Source: Nitrospinaceae bacterium (GTDB lineage Bacteria; Nitrospinota; Nitrospinia; Nitrospinales; Nitrospinaceae). Taken from it: a DNA stretch of 64,000 nt. Each line of letters begins with the position of its first letter. Within the stretch, counting starts at the first letter, position 1. The notes beneath the pieces were generated by a model. That model did no database searches. It saw only the letters and a list, made by a program, of their open reading frames with translations, and was not told the DNA's origin. A program made the translations under genes and the position numbers. The stretch is from contig OZ250172.1 in assembly GCA_965237905.1 (NCBI GenBank), positions 288,001 to 352,000 on the forward strand. The letters run 5' to 3'. This document shows positions 49,082 to 59,887 of this stretch, one piece after another.

Positions 49082-51265
49082 TTACTTCTTTCCCAGACCT
49101 GAGTATTTGAAAATATCGGACATGGCGTTCAGGAAATTGGCTTGTTCCTGCGACTGCATGTCCTTTATTTTTTTGTCTTCATTAAAAATATTGAGACGAA
49201 TCTCAGGCGGGCGTCCCAACAAATTATAAAGCGCATGGGCCGTATGCACAGGAGGATGACAGGTTCCCTCCTTACAGACATAAGTCGTGGGCTGGTTCGA
49301 CACCGGACCCCGCCCCTCGGCCCAGGGAATCCGTTTCGCGGTTTCCTCTCCCTGGCACACGACAACTATTTGGTTGGGACGGTAATCCCGATAAAGAGTC
49401 TCCAGCATTTTCTGATATTCCTTGTCCTCCTCCGGGCCGGACAATACAATTTCCACCGGGGACGATTCCATAAAATCCATGGCAGACAGCATCGCCGTAA
49501 AGGCGGCGGGACCTTGTTCCATATCTCCCTGAAACGCCCGAACTGTTTGTCTCCCTTTCTCCTCAAATAATTTATTGCCGGTCAGGCGTCCCAACCGCAA
49601 CAGCGCCAGGGCGGCCACGGCATTGGAGGAAGGCATGGCATCATCCATCGGATTTTTGAGACGCGCTACCAGTGGTTCATGATCGCTGGCAGTCATGAAA
49701 AACCCGCTGTCATTTTCATCCCAGAACCGATCGATCATAGATTCAGCCAGCACCTGAGCCTTCTCCAGCCATTGCGATTCAAACGACGCCTCATAAAGCG
49801 TCACCAAACCATCCAGAAAATAAGCATAATCCTCCAGACATCCGTTGAACCGGGCCTGGCCATCCTTATAAACCCGCAAGAGAGAACCGTCCTGCCACAA
49901 GGTTTTCCAAATAAAATCGGCGCAGGTCGCGGCGCGTTGAAGATACGAATCCTTGCGAAGTACGATAAAACCTTTGGCCAATGCGGAAATCATCAACCCA
50001 TTCCAACCCGTCAGGATTTTTTCATCGCGGTGCGGTTGAGGCCTTTTGTTTCGCGTTTCCAGCAGGGTTTTCCTGGCGGTCTTGATAATATGTCCGACTT
50101 CAAAGATGGGTATTCCTTCTTCTTCAGCAGTTTTTTCCATGTCCTGCATCACGCGAAGAACATTGCGCCGCTCGAATTGTCCTGCGGGGGTCATTCCATA
50201 CATCTTGGCAAAGACCTTGGCGTGACGTGAACCCAGAATATCCAGAACCTGCTTCAACTCCCAGGTGAAATAAATTCCTTCCCGGCCTTCGGTGTCGGCA
50301 TCCTGGCTGGTAAAAAACGCACCCTCGGGGGAAGTCATCTCCCGATCCACATATTCAAAAATTTCTTCCGGGATTGTTCGGTAAATGTCCTGTTGAGCAG
50401 CCTGGAACGCATCCAGATACAACCGGGCCATGAGAGCATTATCGCACAGCATTTTCTCAAAATGTGGCACCCGCCATTCCCGATCCGTCGAATACCGATG
50501 GAACCCTCCTCCCAACTGATCGTACATGCCGCCCTCGGCCATGTGGGTCAGGCTCTTGTCCACCATCATCAGCACATCGTTGCTCTCCGAACGCACCCAG
50601 TGCCGGAGAAGCAGGGAATACAGCATGGGTTCCGGAAACTTCATACCCGTCCCGAACCCGCCATAGGCTTCGTCAAACTTTTCGGTTAATAATTGAACCG
50701 CTGTGTTGATCAAAGTTTGAGCCGAATTTTCCTGAGCAACGCCGGGAGTATGCCGGGCATTGATCTTCTGGAGAATCTCACCAGACCGGCTCTGGACCTG
50801 TTCCTTCTGATTCCGGTATTGGTCATGAGCCTGCCGGAGCACTTCACCGAAACCCGGTTGGTGGTTGCCCGGAACCGGAGGGAAATACGTTCCTCCAAAA
50901 TAAGGTTCCTGTGCCGGCGTCAAAAACAGGTTCAAGGGCCAACCGCCCTGCCCATTCATGGCGATCAGGGCATTCATGTAAATCGAATCGATTTCCGGTC
51001 GCTCTTCCCGGTCCACCTTGATATTGACGAACCGCTCGTTCATCTGGCGAGCCAATTCCCCGTTGTCAAAGCATTCACGGGACATGACGTGACACCAGTG
51101 ACAAGCCGAGTACCCGATGCTCAGGAAAATCGGTTTGTCCTCCTGTCGCGCCTTGTTTAGAGCCTCAGGCCCCCAGGGATACCAGTCCACCGGTTGATGG
51201 GCGTGCTGGAGCAAATAGGGACTGGTTTCCTGCGCCAGCCGATTGTTATGTTGAGTCGATGCCAT
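49082..51265 (-). CDS. Thioredoxin-domain protein YyaL/DUF255 (SPATA20-like)
   Basis: [45 protein letters not shown]. Confidence 0.93.
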   Translation of the reverse strand: MASTQHNNRLAQETSPYLLQHAHQPVDWYPWGPEALNKARQEDKPIFLSIGYSACHWCHVMSRECFDNGELARQMNERFVNIKVDREERPEIDSIYMNALIAMNGQGGWPLNLFLTPAQEPYFGGTYFPPVPGNHQPGFGEVLRQAHDQYRNQKEQVQSRSGEILQKINARHTPGVAQENSAQTLINTAVQLLTEKFDEAYGGFGTGMKFPEPMLYSLLLRHWVRSESNDVLMMVDKSLTHMAEGGMYDQLGGGFHRYSTDREWRVPHFEKMLCDNALMARLYLDAFQAAQQDIYRTIPEEIFEYVDREMTSPEGAFFTSQDADTEGREGIYFTWELKQVLDILGSRHAKVFAKMYGMTPAGQFERRNVLRVMQDMEKTAEEEGIPIFEVGHIIKTARKTLLETRNKRPQPHRDEKILTGWNGLMISALAKGFIVLRKDSYLQRAATCADFIWKTLWQDGSLLRVYKDGQARFNGCLEDYAYFLDGLVTLYEASFESQWLEKAQVLAESMIDRFWDENDSGFFMTASDHEPLVARLKNPMDDAMPSSNAVAALALLRLGRLTGNKLFEEKGRQTVRAFQGDMEQGPAAFTAMLSAMDFMESSPVEIVLSGPEEDKEYQKMLETLYRDYRPNQIVVVCQGEETAKRIPWAEGRGPVSNQPTTYVCKEGTCHPPVHTAHALYNLLGRPPEIRLNIFNEDKKIKDMQSQEQANFLNAMSDIFKYSGLGKK

Positions 51266-51394
51266 ACGAAGGGTGCGCCTTTAATTAAAGTTTTGCTTTA
51301 GATATGGATTCCCAAAGCATACAGAATATGGGGGGATGAATAAAGTTTTTATTCCAAAAAGGAGAGAACTATTGATCCGGGAGGGCTGGCCGGG

Positions 51395-52474
51395 CTACTC
51401 GTCAATCAGAATTTCGCGGCGCTGGTTATAAAAATCGCGGAGGCTTTCATAAGGGTCGATGGCGCTTTCTTTCAACGCCTTGATATCTTCAATATAGAAC
51501 GAGGTTTCGTTGACCAACTGCTCGGAAGTGATGCCGGCTCCGGTGGTAAAGTCTGGCACCACCCAGAACAATGGATTCAACAGGGCATCCACGGCCCGGC
51601 CCACACCGTCTCTGACCGAGGAAGGTCCCAATAAAGGAAGGACCACATAGGGCCCTGATGGAATTCCGTAAAATCCCAAAACCTGTCCAAAGTCCTCATC
51701 CACCGGTTTGATATCGAACCCTTCATTCGCAACATCCACCATACACATAAATCCCAAAGTGCAATTGATCAGGACCCGGCTGATCACCCGGCCGGCTTTA
51801 TCGAACTTGAACTGAAGCAGACTACTCACCAACCGGACAGGAAAGGTAATCGTACGATAAAGATTTCGGATCATGATCCGAAAATTTTCCGCCATGATGT
51901 CTTTGTAGGTCTGTGACACCGGCCGCAAAAAGTATTCATAAAAGTGATCGTTGAACACATAAACCGGACGGTTGTACCACCTCTCAAAAGGGTCAGGCAT
52001 GTGCGCAATTTCTTTTTCTTCATCGGCGAAAGGATCCTCTTCGAGATCGGATTCATTTTTCGGATCATCTCCAAAGGGATCACCCTCTTCAATAGCTTCG
52101 TCGGAGTAAGGGTCCACTTCGGAACCACCCGGTTCCGCTTCAGCAGAAAGATTTTTCTCTTTCGACACATTCAATTCCGAGGGTATAAGTTCCCCTGAAG
52201 ACGGATCAATTGGAATCAAGTGGTCTTGAGAAAAATTCTGAGAATCGAATACCACTTCGCCCTGGGAATTGAATTGAAGGGCAGACAGAACTTCCGGGGG
52301 ACCCGAAAAATAAGCGGCAAACGCAGAAGTGGGGAGAACCAGCAGGCCGAGTACCAGACAATAAAAATGGAAGCGTTTTACCTGCTCCCAAAACGGTTTC
52401 CTCGGGCTGGCTGTGGTCTCAAAGATCATAGGCGATTGACGTTTAGGAACATCCAGGATTAGCGAAAAAGGCAC
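51395..52474 (-). CDS. mlaA: MlaA/VacJ family protein
   Basis: DPFE..NR, EDFGQVLG, GPYVVLPLLGPSSVRD, DPY..LRDFY.QRR. Alternative ATG start at 52429. Confidence 0.88.
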   Translation of the reverse strand: MPFSLILDVPKRQSPMIFETTASPRKPFWEQVKRFHFYCLVLGLLVLPTSAFAAYFSGPPEVLSALQFNSQGEVVFDSQNFSQDHLIPIDPSSGELIPSELNVSKEKNLSAEAEPGGSEVDPYSDEAIEEGDPFGDDPKNESDLEEDPFADEEKEIAHMPDPFERWYNRPVYVFNDHFYEYFLRPVSQTYKDIMAENFRIMIRNLYRTITFPVRLVSSLLQFKFDKAGRVISRVLINCTLGFMCMVDVANEGFDIKPVDEDFGQVLGFYGIPSGPYVVLPLLGPSSVRDGVGRAVDALLNPLFWVVPDFTTGAGITSEQLVNETSFYIEDIKALKESAIDPYESLRDFYNQRREILIDE

Positions 52475-52520
52475 TTAAATAGCACCAATTTAGTCTAACA
52501 GAAGGCTTTTGGGTTGGCAA

Positions 52521-53258
52521 TCAGTGAGGCTCCGGACTGGCGTCGGACAACCGCTTGAGAGAGCCCGCGGTAATGGAGATTTTGTTCTTGCGGGCACGGG
52601 CGACCACTTCCCAAGCTTGTTGATATTGCCCCTTATGGAAGTGGGTATCCACCAAAACACCGTAGGCCGGACGGTTGAAAGAATTCTGCGCCAAGGACTC
52701 CTCCAGTTTTTTTATGGCTTGGTCATATTTCCCAAGATTGTTCAAGGCCGTTCCCCAGGAAGCGTAGGCCTTACTGTTTTCGGGATCCAGAAGGAGCGCA
52801 TTTTCAAACTTGTCGATCGCTTCTTGATTTTTACCCTCCACCAACAAAGTTGATCCCCAAAGATAATAGTTTTTGCTTTGATTGGGATCCAACCGGGAAG
52901 ATTGGTCGAATTTTTCATAAGCTTCCTTGAATTTTCCCGATTTAGCCAAAGACAGCCCCCACCAGGTATAAATCTTGGCGCTCTTGGGATCCATTTCTGC
53001 CGCTTTGGAAGCTGTTTCAGCCGCCTCAGCGTACTTCCCCAGGGCATTCAGTTCCTGGACTTTCCCCATCAATTCCCCGACTTGATTCTTCAGCGTTTGG
53101 CGTCTTTCATTTTCCTCGGCGGCTTGTTTATTCTTTTCAATGGCTTCCTCGTTCCGTTGTCGATTCTCCTGGATTTGGTTCTTGGCAGATAGAAAACCAA
53201 ATCCCAGAAAGATACAAATGCAACAAAGAACCCAAATAGTTTTGATTTTACGGGGCAT
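52521..53258 (-). CDS. Membrane-anchored TPR protein
   Basis: N-terminal hydrophobic segment, coiled coil, ~4 TPRs. Confidence 0.82.
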   Translation of the reverse strand: MPRKIKTIWVLCCICIFLGFGFLSAKNQIQENRQRNEEAIEKNKQAAEENERRQTLKNQVGELMGKVQELNALGKYAEAAETASKAAEMDPKSAKIYTWWGLSLAKSGKFKEAYEKFDQSSRLDPNQSKNYYLWGSTLLVEGKNQEAIDKFENALLLDPENSKAYASWGTALNNLGKYDQAIKKLEESLAQNSFNRPAYGVLVDTHFHKGQYQQAWEVVARARKNKISITAGSLKRLSDASPEPH

Positions 53259-53346
53259 TATTTTCGCCTCAAAGAGTTCATTCAACAAACCTCAGGAGTA
53301 TACAGTCAACCGCAACCGGTATCAAAATTTCTTTACCACCTGCCAG

Positions 53347-56181
53347 TCATGGCTTGGACTTTTGCAGAGCCAGATTCAAGAAACGGGTTACGTCGGAATC
53401 ATAGGGCAACCATTTCTTCACCTTTTGCAAAACCGCCACCGCCTGATCCGGACGGTTGGTCCGCAGGTAAAGCCTGGCGAGGGAAAGCGATCCGAAAACA
53501 TAATAAGGGTTGATCTCCAGAGTCCTGCGATAAGCCTGCTCTGCCTTTTCAAACTCCTGCACTGCGGAATAAACATTGCCCAAGTTCAGATACGTGAGCA
53601 CATGATCCGGCTCCTGCTCCAGAATTTTCAGATACAGGTGAGCGGCCCGTTCATAAGCCTCCCGGTTCACCGCCGCCACCGCCTCATCCAAATACTGATC
53701 GATGCGGACTTTGCGTTTGATCTCCCGTACCTGAACCTCAGAGCGTTCGAGAGTTCCGATATGTTTTTTAACAATCTCCTGTTCTTCCACGCTCAGTGTG
53801 TCGAACCTCAAAAGCCCAGGCATCCTTTGAAAGTGTGGTGTGATCTGGCGGACAATCACCTGACGCTCATCTTTGTAAATATATTCGGGTGCGCCAAACT
53901 CCAACAGGGAATTATCATCAGTATGAACGGGAGCGCCTTCGCTGAATTTTTTTAACTCGTCCTGATTCATAATCAGCAACCCCATCAAATCCCTCACACT
54001 CGATATCCCCAACCGCTTCAGTTCCCGCCCTTGGACCGGGTCCTCCAGCACCCGTTTGACTTTTTCATAAGGCAGGGAGTACGGCTGGTGCGACCCGATT
54101 AATAGATAGTCGTCCCCGACAATGGACTCCCACATGGTGACATTGGAAAATACAGAAAGAAATGCGCGGGAGATGGACTTGAAACTCTCCGGCGACATAT
54201 TGGTGTGCATCCAGATGCACATGATCCCGCCCGGCTTCAAACGGGTATCTGCCAACTCGTAGAAATCCTGCGTGAACAACGCCCCTATCCCGGAAATCCA
54301 GGGATTGGACGGTTCGGAAATGATGACGTCATACTCTTTTTCCGTGAGGGTGATATGGTTCCGGCCATCCTCCAAGATGATGCGCACCCGGGGATCGTCC
54401 AGCGCATTGTGGTTGAATGGATCAAAAAACCGGCTGCCTTCAATGACCGTGGGAGAAATTTCCACAAGATCGATATTCTTCGCCGGAAACTGTTCAACCG
54501 CCCCCAAAGTCACCCCGCTCCCCTGCCCCACGACCAGAACGCTCTCAGGATTTTTACTGAAAAACATCGGAAGATAACCGGACAACAATTGCGTCCGCAT
54601 ATCCATAGCCAGCGAGGCGTCGGTTTTGCCGTTCACCCGTAAAAAAATATTGCCGTCGATAGACAATTCGGTGGTTACCGTGGTGTGCAACCCTTCTTTG
54701 TAAAACAGAATTTTATTTTTTCGTTGGAGGGCACCCTCCAGTTCATCGATCCGGTACGGCATGAACGAACCGCTGGAAATAACGGCTTTGTCCCACGGGT
54801 CAATGCCACGGGCACCCAGGACCCAAACCAAAAGCAAACCCGGCAAAACATAAGTTTTAAAATTGACTTGCAGGCTGGAGGTGTATAACAAAATAATTCC
54901 CAGAACAATATTGACGAATACCGCCCAGAGAATCGTATTTTGCACACCCAGGATGGGGATTAATAGAAATCCGCCAATCAAAGAACCGAGGATAGTGCCC
55001 ACGGTATTGGACGCGTACGCGGTTCCGACATGGTGCCCCAACGTCTTGAGATTCCGCGCTACCAGCCGCATGACTATCGGAAACTGAGCTCCCATGAGAA
55101 AAGTAGGAATAAAGATCAGTGAAAGAATAATTAAAAAGTTCGACCATTGAATCGAAGAAAAATCGAGGCCCCAGTTCAGGTACACCCAGCGGTTGACCAA
55201 GGGCACTTTTCCGAAGAAGGGCAGTGCCGCCAGCGCGGACAGGCCGATACCCACCTGAAGCCAGCCGAAAACTTTTTTTAAATCTACGAAGCGCCCAACG
55301 ATTCTGGAAAACACCAGGGTCCCCAAGGCCAGCCCCAGAATAAAGGCAGTCAGGATCAAACTGAACGCATACACCGACGATCCCAACAGTAGGGAAAAAA
55401 TACGGGTCCACGCTACCTGATAAATCAACGATGCGATCCCGGTGACACAAAACCCGCCGAGGATCAAAATCACTTCCGGGGTATAAAACCGAGGTTCCTT
55501 TTCCGAAGGCGGCAACGTCTCTGCTGAACTCATGCGAGCCCAGTGACTGCGGAAGAAAATTAAAATGACTGATGCCAGGCCGAGATTGAGACCGGCGGCA
55601 ATCCAGATGGTGGTGCTGACGCCATAAAGCTTCATGAACACAAAAGCGCTGGTCAAGGCCCCCGCCACCGCTCCCAACGTGTTCACGGCATACAGGGTGC
55701 CGACATCCCGGCCGATCACTTCCGGGTCATCGGAAACGAATTTTCCAAGAATGGGTAAGGTCGCTCCCATCAATGAGGCGGGAATGAGAAGAATCGCCCC
55801 GCACACTCCGAAGCGAAAAAAACTGGTTAGAGAATAAGAGTCTTGGAAGTTGAGATAGGTCCACTGAAACAACGGCAGGGAGGTATCGATGAAATGAGGG
55901 ATGAGAAAACAGTAAATCCCGATTGCGCCTTCAAGCAAAGCATAAATCAAAAGCGGTCGGCCACCCCGGTCGATGAGCCGTCCTCCGAAAAAACTCCCCA
56001 GGGCCAGGCCACCCATGAAGGTGGCGAGCACAGTAGAAACGGAATAATGCGTGTTGCCGAGAACGAGGGTGAGCAGGCGGGTCCACACCACTTCATAAAT
56101 AAGACCGGTGGCACCGGAGATGAAGAAAAAAAGAAAAATCCAAATGCGAAAATGGGAGCGGCTCAAATGAGGCTGTTCCAA
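53347..56181 (-). CDS. Fused MFS-like/spermidine synthase-like protein with C-terminal TPRs
   Basis: SGATGLIYEVVWTRLL repeats, LYAVNTLGA, VVGQGSG, YDVIISEPSNPW, HTDDN, TPRs. Confidence 0.88.
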   Translation of the reverse strand: MEQPHLSRSHFRIWIFLFFFISGATGLIYEVVWTRLLTLVLGNTHYSVSTVLATFMGGLALGSFFGGRLIDRGGRPLLIYALLEGAIGIYCFLIPHFIDTSLPLFQWTYLNFQDSYSLTSFFRFGVCGAILLIPASLMGATLPILGKFVSDDPEVIGRDVGTLYAVNTLGAVAGALTSAFVFMKLYGVSTTIWIAAGLNLGLASVILIFFRSHWARMSSAETLPPSEKEPRFYTPEVILILGGFCVTGIASLIYQVAWTRIFSLLLGSSVYAFSLILTAFILGLALGTLVFSRIVGRFVDLKKVFGWLQVGIGLSALAALPFFGKVPLVNRWVYLNWGLDFSSIQWSNFLIILSLIFIPTFLMGAQFPIVMRLVARNLKTLGHHVGTAYASNTVGTILGSLIGGFLLIPILGVQNTILWAVFVNIVLGIILLYTSSLQVNFKTYVLPGLLLVWVLGARGIDPWDKAVISSGSFMPYRIDELEGALQRKNKILFYKEGLHTTVTTELSIDGNIFLRVNGKTDASLAMDMRTQLLSGYLPMFFSKNPESVLVVGQGSGVTLGAVEQFPAKNIDLVEISPTVIEGSRFFDPFNHNALDDPRVRIILEDGRNHITLTEKEYDVIISEPSNPWISGIGALFTQDFYELADTRLKPGGIMCIWMHTNMSPESFKSISRAFLSVFSNVTMWESIVGDDYLLIGSHQPYSLPYEKVKRVLEDPVQGRELKRLGISSVRDLMGLLIMNQDELKKFSEGAPVHTDDNSLLEFGAPEYIYKDERQVIVRQITPHFQRMPGLLRFDTLSVEEQEIVKKHIGTLERSEVQVREIKRKVRIDQYLDEAVAAVNREAYERAAHLYLKILEQEPDHVLTYLNLGNVYSAVQEFEKAEQAYRRTLEINPYYVFGSLSLARLYLRTNRPDQAVAVLQKVKKWLPYDSDVTRFLNLALQKSKP

Positions 56182-56190
56182 AAGTTACGG

Positions 56191-57096
56191 TTACTTGGTC
56201 TTGGAGTTTTTTTCGACCGATTTTCCACAACGGAATCCGACAATACTGTCTTTGCGTCCAGGAGTGGCGGCGAACCGTTTGGCGGAGCGGATATCCACTT
56301 TACGTGCGTCCCAGGATCCACCACGAAAAACCCGGTTCTTGGTTCTTTCAGACCCGGGTGGATTGATCAGGGGGGACTTCTGGTAATAGTGCTGATCGTA
56401 CCAATCTTCCACCCATTCGGAAGCGTTTCCGGCCATATCATAAACCCCGTACACGCTCCGTCCCATGGGAAAGCTTCCGACCGGGGCCATATATTGAAAC
56501 CCATCGGCGGTTCCCGCGATATTGGCGCGCTTGGGTAGCATATTATTTCCCCAGGGATACACCAGGCCATGAGTGCCGCGAGCGGCTTTTTCCCATTCCA
56601 CTTCCTTGAGGAGACGCTTGCCCGCCCAAGTGCAAAAATTCACCGCATCGTTCCAGGAAACCCCGACCACAGGGTAATTAGCGGTTTTCAAGATATTGTG
56701 ATCCCCCTGAAAAAAAGGTACGGATGGTTCTATATAACTGGCGGCGCGGCGGAACACGTTGTAGGATTCCACGCTCACCTCATACTTATCGATGTAGAAA
56801 GCATCGAGATAAATTTCCTGCTGGGGCTTTTCATCAAAGCCGCCGTTCCCCGCCCCCCGGGTGAACACGCCCTCGGGAATCAGGATCATTTCCCGTCCAT
56901 CGTCACCGACAAGGGTTTCATAAATACTGAAATCGCGGTTATCATCAATCGTTACTTGCTTGGTCTGCGCCTGCATCTTTCGAACCCTGTCATCTTGATC
57001 GATGGATTTTTTAATTTCCCAGACGATCACCAGAAGAAACAGGATGGCTATGGCAAAGCAGGCGATTACCGCTATGACTAATTGTTTATTGTTCAT
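56191..57096 (-). CDS. Membrane-anchored FGE-sulfatase fold protein
   Basis: N-terminal TM, PVVGVSWNDA, EWEKAARG, DMAGNASEW, RGGSW, VGFRC. Confidence 0.88.
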   Translation of the reverse strand: MNNKQLVIAVIACFAIAILFLLVIVWEIKKSIDQDDRVRKMQAQTKQVTIDDNRDFSIYETLVGDDGREMILIPEGVFTRGAGNGGFDEKPQQEIYLDAFYIDKYEVSVESYNVFRRAASYIEPSVPFFQGDHNILKTANYPVVGVSWNDAVNFCTWAGKRLLKEVEWEKAARGTHGLVYPWGNNMLPKRANIAGTADGFQYMAPVGSFPMGRSVYGVYDMAGNASEWVEDWYDQHYYQKSPLINPPGSERTKNRVFRGGSWDARKVDIRSAKRFAATPGRKDSIVGFRCGKSVEKNSKTK

Positions 57097-57184
57097 ATTT
57101 TTATATGTTTAAAGGAGATAAAAGGCTAAAATGGCAAAGTGATTATAGTTTAACATGACCGGAATGCAATCCTAAACGATACGG

Positions 57185-57973
57185 ATGAAAGACCTCCTCG
57201 CCGCCAAAGAAACTGCCCTGTCCTGGCTGAAACCCGTTACCCGGGAAATCCTCAACTGGTTCCAAAAAGAACTCACCGTACAACAAAAAGCCGACCAAAG
57301 TCCAGTCACCATTGCCGATCAGCGGGCCGAGGAAATGCTGCGCCAAAAGATTCACCGGTATTTTCCGGATCATGGGATCATCGGAGAGGAATTCGGCGAA
57401 GAGGAAGCGACCCGGGAATGGGTGTGGACGGTGGACCCGATTGACGGCACCCGTTCGTTTATTCAGGGGTTGCCGCTGTTTGCGACGCTCCTGTCCCTGC
57501 TTCACAAAGGAGAGCCCGTGATGGGCATCATTTGCCTGCCTGCCATGGGGGAAACGGTTTGGGCTGTGAAAGGCAAAGGCACCTATTCGGGAAACCGCCG
57601 GCTCCGTGTTTCTTCCCATTCGAAAATAAAGGATTCGGTTCTGGCCACGGCAGACCTGTATTGTTTCCGCGAAAAAAGATATCTTCGGTTCTGGAACCAA
57701 CTGCATTCCCAGGCCAAACTGGTGAGAACTTATCCCGATGCTTTCGGCCACCTGATGGCAATTCGGGGATCGGTCGATGCTATGGTGGATCCCTGGGCTT
57801 ATATCTGGGATTTCGCGCCCTGCAAAATTCTGGTTCAGGAAGCCGGAGGGGCTTTTATTAATTTTACGGGAAGCAAAAATAGCATCTGCGAAGGGTCCGC
57901 GTTGGTGGGAAATGCCAAATTAGTGAAGGCGCTTCAAAAATCGATACAAACCGTCAACACTAAAAAAGGATAG
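57185..57973 (+). CDS. Inositol monophosphatase family protein, HisN-like histidinol-phosphatase
   Basis: KADQSPVTIAD, GEEFG, WTVDPIDGTRSF, WDFAP. Confidence 0.85.
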   Translation: MKDLLAAKETALSWLKPVTREILNWFQKELTVQQKADQSPVTIADQRAEEMLRQKIHRYFPDHGIIGEEFGEEEATREWVWTVDPIDGTRSFIQGLPLFATLLSLLHKGEPVMGIICLPAMGETVWAVKGKGTYSGNRRLRVSSHSKIKDSVLATADLYCFREKRYLRFWNQLHSQAKLVRTYPDAFGHLMAIRGSVDAMVDPWAYIWDFAPCKILVQEAGGAFINFTGSKNSICEGSALVGNAKLVKALQKSIQTVNTKKG

Positions 57974-57986
57974 AGGTGTTTACTCA

Positions 57987-58364
57987 CTAAATGGGTTGGC
58001 GGCCTGCAAACCCGCTGTCCAGATCATGCCAGAACCGGATCTCCTGTTCGGGGATTCTCCAACAAAGGTAAACCTCCTTACCCTCCCGCATGGACGGGAA
58101 ATCCACCAACCCCATTTCAATCCCTTTTATCACACAGCCTTTTTTTTCCAGGTTCTTGGTAATCTGATTGGCTTTTAACGCCACTTTCAGATAATCCGTT
58201 CCGTAGGCGCTTCCCCCACTATATTCAGCCTTGGAACGGGCTTTTTGAATATCGGGGAAGCCTTTGTGCATGAGTGTATACAATTCCTGCAGTCGAGGGA
58301 CCCAGTCGTTCAATTCGGGGATCAGAGCGTTGGCTTCTTCAAGGGTAAAGTACTTTTTCGGCAT
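57987..58364 (-). CDS. DUF2203 family protein
   Basis: FTLEEANALIP ... GLVDFP..VYLCW..WH..GFAGRQP. Confidence 0.9.
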   Translation of the reverse strand: MPKKYFTLEEANALIPELNDWVPRLQELYTLMHKGFPDIQKARSKAEYSGGSAYGTDYLKVALKANQITKNLEKKGCVIKGIEMGLVDFPSMREGKEVYLCWRIPEQEIRFWHDLDSGFAGRQPI

Positions 58365-58802
58365 GAAACTCTTCCTGAAACGTGGTTTTCTGAAAAGGGT
58401 TTAGAATCGCAATCATACACGGGAACCCAGAAAATTCAAACGGCTTCCGGAAATTTTTTAAACTAGAGAATTCAATAAGTTAATATAATTTCGAGCTTCT
58501 TGCCGGGAAAACAGCCAAAAAACGTCTTCAGAGGCACGCAAATTCCTGAAAATTCCATTTGATCAGATAATTAGCCGGGGACGCAATGGAGTTTTTCTAT
58601 TGACAAATCGCCCCTAAGATTATAAATTCCCGTGCAAGACACCTCAGAATGTCTTCAAAAATGGCCGCTTAGTAGTGGGTGACATAGCGCAGGCCTGATA
58701 CTGTCGGTATTTCATAATTCATTGTCCGCTGTTTGTTTTGTTAATGAATTATTTATTTATGAGCTATACCTTTAAGTACAATCTTTTTTAGGGGAGACAA
58801 CA

Positions 58803-59258
58803 ATGAAAAAGAAAGCGCTTTTGTTAGCAGTATGTTTTGCGGCTGTACTGGCTTTCGGTGTGAACAGCGCCGTTGCCGATGACATGATTCCGGGTTCTTA
58901 TGCCCAGCAGGATCAAAGTGTAATGGGCGTTGGCCAGACCATGATGCAAATGGGCGCCAAACAACGCGCTCTGACGGACGCCACTAACCGCGCGTCCCGC
59001 GCTCATATGTCCCGAAACTCTGCCCGCGGAGTTAACGTTGACCAGCAGTTTGGTGAATCGCAGAGCAATCAGTCCTGGAAAGCTGCCACGACGATTCAAG
59101 AAGCCAACATGCAAACCGGTCTGATAGCTGGCGATTGTCGGGGTGAGAATTCTGATGGCAAATACCGGAAGCAGATGAATCAGAATCGCAAAGGCTACAT
59201 GAAGGAAAAGCTGGTTCCGAATTCCATGTGCGCCGAAATTCATCCGACTTTGAAGTAA
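58803..59258 (+). CDS. Secreted hypothetical protein (Gln/Met/Asn-rich, 2 Cys)
   Basis: GGGGAG SD, signal peptide ..AVA|DD, strong terminator downstream. Confidence 0.8.
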   Translation: MKKKALLLAVCFAAVLAFGVNSAVADDMIPGSYAQQDQSVMGVGQTMMQMGAKQRALTDATNRASRAHMSRNSARGVNVDQQFGESQSNQSWKAATTIQEANMQTGLIAGDCRGENSDGKYRKQMNQNRKGYMKEKLVPNSMCAEIHPTLK

Positions 59259-59785
59259 GCTTAAGAAGTTTGGGACTCACTGTCCTGGTAAATTCGATTG
59301 AAAAGCCGATAGAGTTTATACTCTATCGGCTTTTTCTTTTTTCCTGTTACCGCTTAAATACCGGGAAATTTCTTCTCTTCCGGGTTGCAGTTTTGTTTTT
59401 TTGTTTGCAGTCGGCCATTCCCGCCTATTCGTTTGAAAATGTTTCCCTCAAAAAATACCAAACCCAGGCAATCCAGTTGGACAACCCGGTGGATTTGACC
59501 CGGCTCCCGCTCAACAAAACGTTTCAGGTCAATTCACCGGACTTTGTGCTGCAATTCTTTTTCACCGGTCCGGATGTTCTTGGAATCATCTTCAAGCGTA
59601 ATTTAGACAAAGCGCTTTTCGTAAAATGGTGTTTTTTCCGAAACTGCGAGGAAAGTCCTTTTGATTACGTTTCGGTCATCGCCCAGCCCCATGGCCCTCC
59701 CCTGGCGAATGGTTTTTTTGAAACCAAGTTTCCTCCCGGACTGAATTATCATTTCCAAGGCCTGTATTTTTACATCCGAAACTAA
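59228..59785 (+). CDS. Hypothetical exported protein, true start unclear (probably downstream of 59340)
   Basis: Protein-like C-terminal two thirds with a signal-like AVLFFCLQSAIPAYS segment. The 5' part of the ORF runs through a terminator. Confidence 0.5.
   Translation: MRRNSSDFEVSLRSLGLTVLVNSIEKPIEFILYRLFLFSCYRLNTGKFLLFRVAVLFFCLQSAIPAYSFENVSLKKYQTQAIQLDNPVDLTRLPLNKTFQVNSPDFVLQFFFTGPDVLGIIFKRNLDKALFVKWCFFRNCEESPFDYVSVIAQPHGPPLANGFFETKFPPGLNYHFQGLYFYIRN
59301..59340 (+). terminator. Strong intrinsic terminator
   Basis: AAAAGCCGATAGAGT-ttat-ACTCTATCGGCTTTT, a perfect 15-bp stem plus T tract. Confidence 0.9.
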
Positions 59786-59887
59786 TTTTTTCCGGACCTG
59801 AATCCGACCAAAATTCCGCCCCGTAGCCTGCTCGTTACTAAACTCTGATATAATAATCCTCATCTCAAAATCCTTTTCGAGGGCTCC

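Noticed and set aside
58500..58800. c-di-GMP-I riboswitch (GGGACGCAA fragment)
   Set aside because: Remaining consensus elements are absent.
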